A stretch of 64,000 bases of DNA from the human T2T-CHM13v2.0 reference genome, Homo sapiens. The stretch is taken from assembly GCF_009914755.1 (NCBI RefSeq), contig NC_060927.1; one strand, written 5' to 3'. The notes under the pieces were generated by a model. It saw only the letters and a program-made list of their open reading frames with translations, was not told the origin of the DNA and did not search any database. Made by a program: the position numbers and the translations under genes. Below, in pieces: positions 56,421 to 64,000 of the stretch. Positions within the stretch are counted from its first letter, which is position 1. Every line of letters starts with the position of its first letter.

Positions 56421-57199
56421 ATAAAATGAATAAGGTTTAAGCACAGAAAGAAGGAAGTGCAAAGGGGGTTGGTAATTTATTCAAAAGCTGGTCTGGGGAG
56501 GAGGAGCTGCCCTTGATGGTATAGGGGGTATGTTGGCTGTGAGGCCTTTGGCAGCACCCTGGGGAGCCTGTGAGGAGAGAGAGGGTTCACAGGCTCCATC
56601 CCAGTTGAGAGGTGAAAGCTGGATGGGGCCACAGTGTGGGTGAGAGCTCTGACATGGACAGCTCAGAGTAGCACCTCAGGGAATACTTGGATTTTTTTTT
56701 TTTTTTTTTAACTGTTTTGCTTTGTAGTCAGAGAGGTATAGGACCAGATTGCTGTGGGAAGAGGGAACTGTAGGAAGTAGTTCTGCCCCTGCCCCCACCC
56801 CCAGGCTCCCACAGTTCTCTCTGCTACCTCTGCCATCACTGTACACTCATTGCCTGTTCTATCTTGGTATCCCCCACCAGACCGTGAGTGTCCCGGGAGC
56901 AGGCACTGTGTCTGATTCACCTCCTTCTGCCTCACAATGTGGCCCAGCATGGGGCTTGACACTTGGAAGTTTCTCAAAGAGTTACTTGTTGAATGAATGA
57001 ACAAATGAATGCTTTCTCTGAACTGCCCTGAACTCTAGATGAGATTTACAAAGAAGGGAAGCCCTGCTTACAGTTCTCTGCTCCTTATACCCGCTTCCTA
57101 AAGGCGTTCGTGTGCCTCTAGGACTCAAGGAGGCTCCCGCCTCAGCCTCCCCAGCAGCTGGGACTACAGAGGCACCCCACTGTGCCTGACTTCATTTAT

Positions 57200-58760
57200 A
57201 TACATTTTCCGGGTGATTTTCTGGAGTCTATATCCTTCATCAGATTTTCCAAGGGGTGTCTGTCCCCTCAAAAGAATGATTGTCATTATTTGAAAGACTA
57301 GTTCCAGACAGATATTTTATACAAATTTTCCCAGCATTGACATCCCTGAACCAAACTGTTTTTCTTCCCAACATTACTGTTTTCTTCCTTTCTGTCGAGT
57401 TTGTTGTTTTGTAATATCAGAATCTCCAGCTCACCTGAGTAAATGGTAACAAGGTGCCACCACCTTTGAATTCTCCCAGAATCCACCCCACCCTCCGTCA
57501 GAGCCACTGCCAAGGCACTCTTACTGATTTCTCCCACACTGCTGGCTCATTGCAAGTGGGAAGACAGCATGTGGAGTGGGTGTGCGGCTTATTAAAGTGA
57601 GAACTCAGGGTCAGGGCAGAACCAGGAAGAGAGCAGTGAGATATCCTGCTACCTAATCCAATTCTCCTTTTTGTGCATTTAGCACCCTCCCCTCCGCCTG
57701 CATAACAATGGAAGGAAAGAGGAAGTGGGAAAAAAGAAAGTCATGTAATTGAGTTAGAAGAGGTAATGACCAAGACCCTGGAGCAGAGGGAAAGCGGGTT
57801 ACAAAAGGTGGGTTAAAGAAATCACAAGAGTATGAAGAGCTGGGAAATTACTAACAAATATTTGCTTGTGTGGGAAAGCAAAAAAGTAAAAACTTCAGTG
57901 CTGAATTGGGGCGCTGAGCCACCAGGGAAATTTGAGATTGGCATCAAGGACCGTGTTGAAGCAGGGTGGGCGGAGAAGGAGGGAAAACTACCAGCCAGCT
58001 GAGATTTTGCAGCTAGGCTGTGGCCTGATACCGAGTATCGATGCCGCAAGGGAGGGATGAGTCAGTCCTAGCACGTCCAAGTTTAGAATAATAGACTGTT
58101 TGCCACTGGGAAGGCAAACACCTTTCCTGTGAGAGGGCTTGCTGACAGTTCCAATGTCCAAAGTCCAATGCCGACCCAGAAAACTGAGGAGGCCCTGGCC
58201 CCTGCAGGAAGGGCTCATTTACATGGAGACTGAGTAAAGTGCTGTCTTAAACCCTCCTTCCTTCCCCCACTGGGAGGTTTCAGCCAGATATGCCACCCTT
58301 TGTAGGATTTCATAGGGTTGTCTAAAGCCAGGGTTGGCACAGAGCAGAAGCCACAGGGCTAAGTACCAGATTATAATTGTCAATGTCACACCTTACTGCA
58401 GAAGCCAGGGAAGGGAGCTAGGAAACTGAAGAGCTTTCTTGGTTATGGGCGGGGCTGTAAATGCAGAGTGTGCCCTGGTGACTCATGGGAGACAGTGAGA
58501 AACACTGTGGGGATCTGGTCAACCGGGTACTGATTCCTTTGAGGAAGGTATACTCCACATGCCAACCTGATACTCATGGCTAGTGAAGAGATGGCAGGAT
58601 TGGGTTGCATCAGCCAGCCTAACTCGACTTGGAAACACAGAAAATAACCCAGAGCAGGTCTCAAGCACTGTGTAACTTTATTAGTTCATAGTGGCTGAAC
58701 AGCCATGTTTAGGGCCTCTCAGAAGAAAGAGTTTCATCTTTGGGAAGAAATTTGTGTTGG
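57200..58760. promoter_or_regulatory. Candidate distal enhancer (about 1.5 kb without recognisable repeats, with a dense TF motif cluster)
   Basis: AP-1 TGAGTCA (58058-58064) and TGACTCA (58479-58485), PU.1/ETS AAAGAGGAAGTG (57716-57727), RBPJ TGTGGGAA (57869-57876), forkhead CAAATATTTG (57855-57864) and a GC box (58447-58454). Motif evidence only. Confidence 0.45.
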
Positions 58761-58764
58761 GTGA

Positions 58765-64000
<5,236 letters not shown>

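Overview
This is primate (almost certainly human) genomic DNA, extremely dense in Alu elements and with no intact protein-coding exon. Nearly all ORFs in the supplied track are Alu or GC-rich artefacts. Three landmarks are well supported: (1) a 5'-truncated, disabled EEF1A1 processed pseudogene on the + strand (about 19785-21353, with 3'UTR, poly-A and a target-site duplication); (2) a CpG-island promoter (about 28950-29950) with a non-coding first exon on the - strand ending in a perfect CAG|GTGAGT donor at 29410/29409, so positions 1-29409 read as intron 1; (3) a MER41A-type LTR at about 41.7-42.2 kb followed by an AluY-derived tandem array. An EEF1A1 pseudogene about 10 kb inside intron 1 of a minus-strand gene matches my recollection of human PIK3CB/EEF1A1P25 (3q22-q23); this is from memory and needs BLAT confirmation. 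I found no convincing novel biological system. The most interesting signals are several fold-back or template-switch palindromes inside Alus (a 68-bp inverted duplication around an AT-rich spacer at 17.5 kb and a triple-hairpin insert at 3.2 kb), a 220-bp Alu-fragment tandem array, two strong-Kozak uORFs plus an alternative donor at the first exon, and two repeat-free motif clusters that look like enhancers (18.5-19.2 kb and 57.2-58.8 kb). Repeat boundaries and subfamily calls were made by eye and are approximate.
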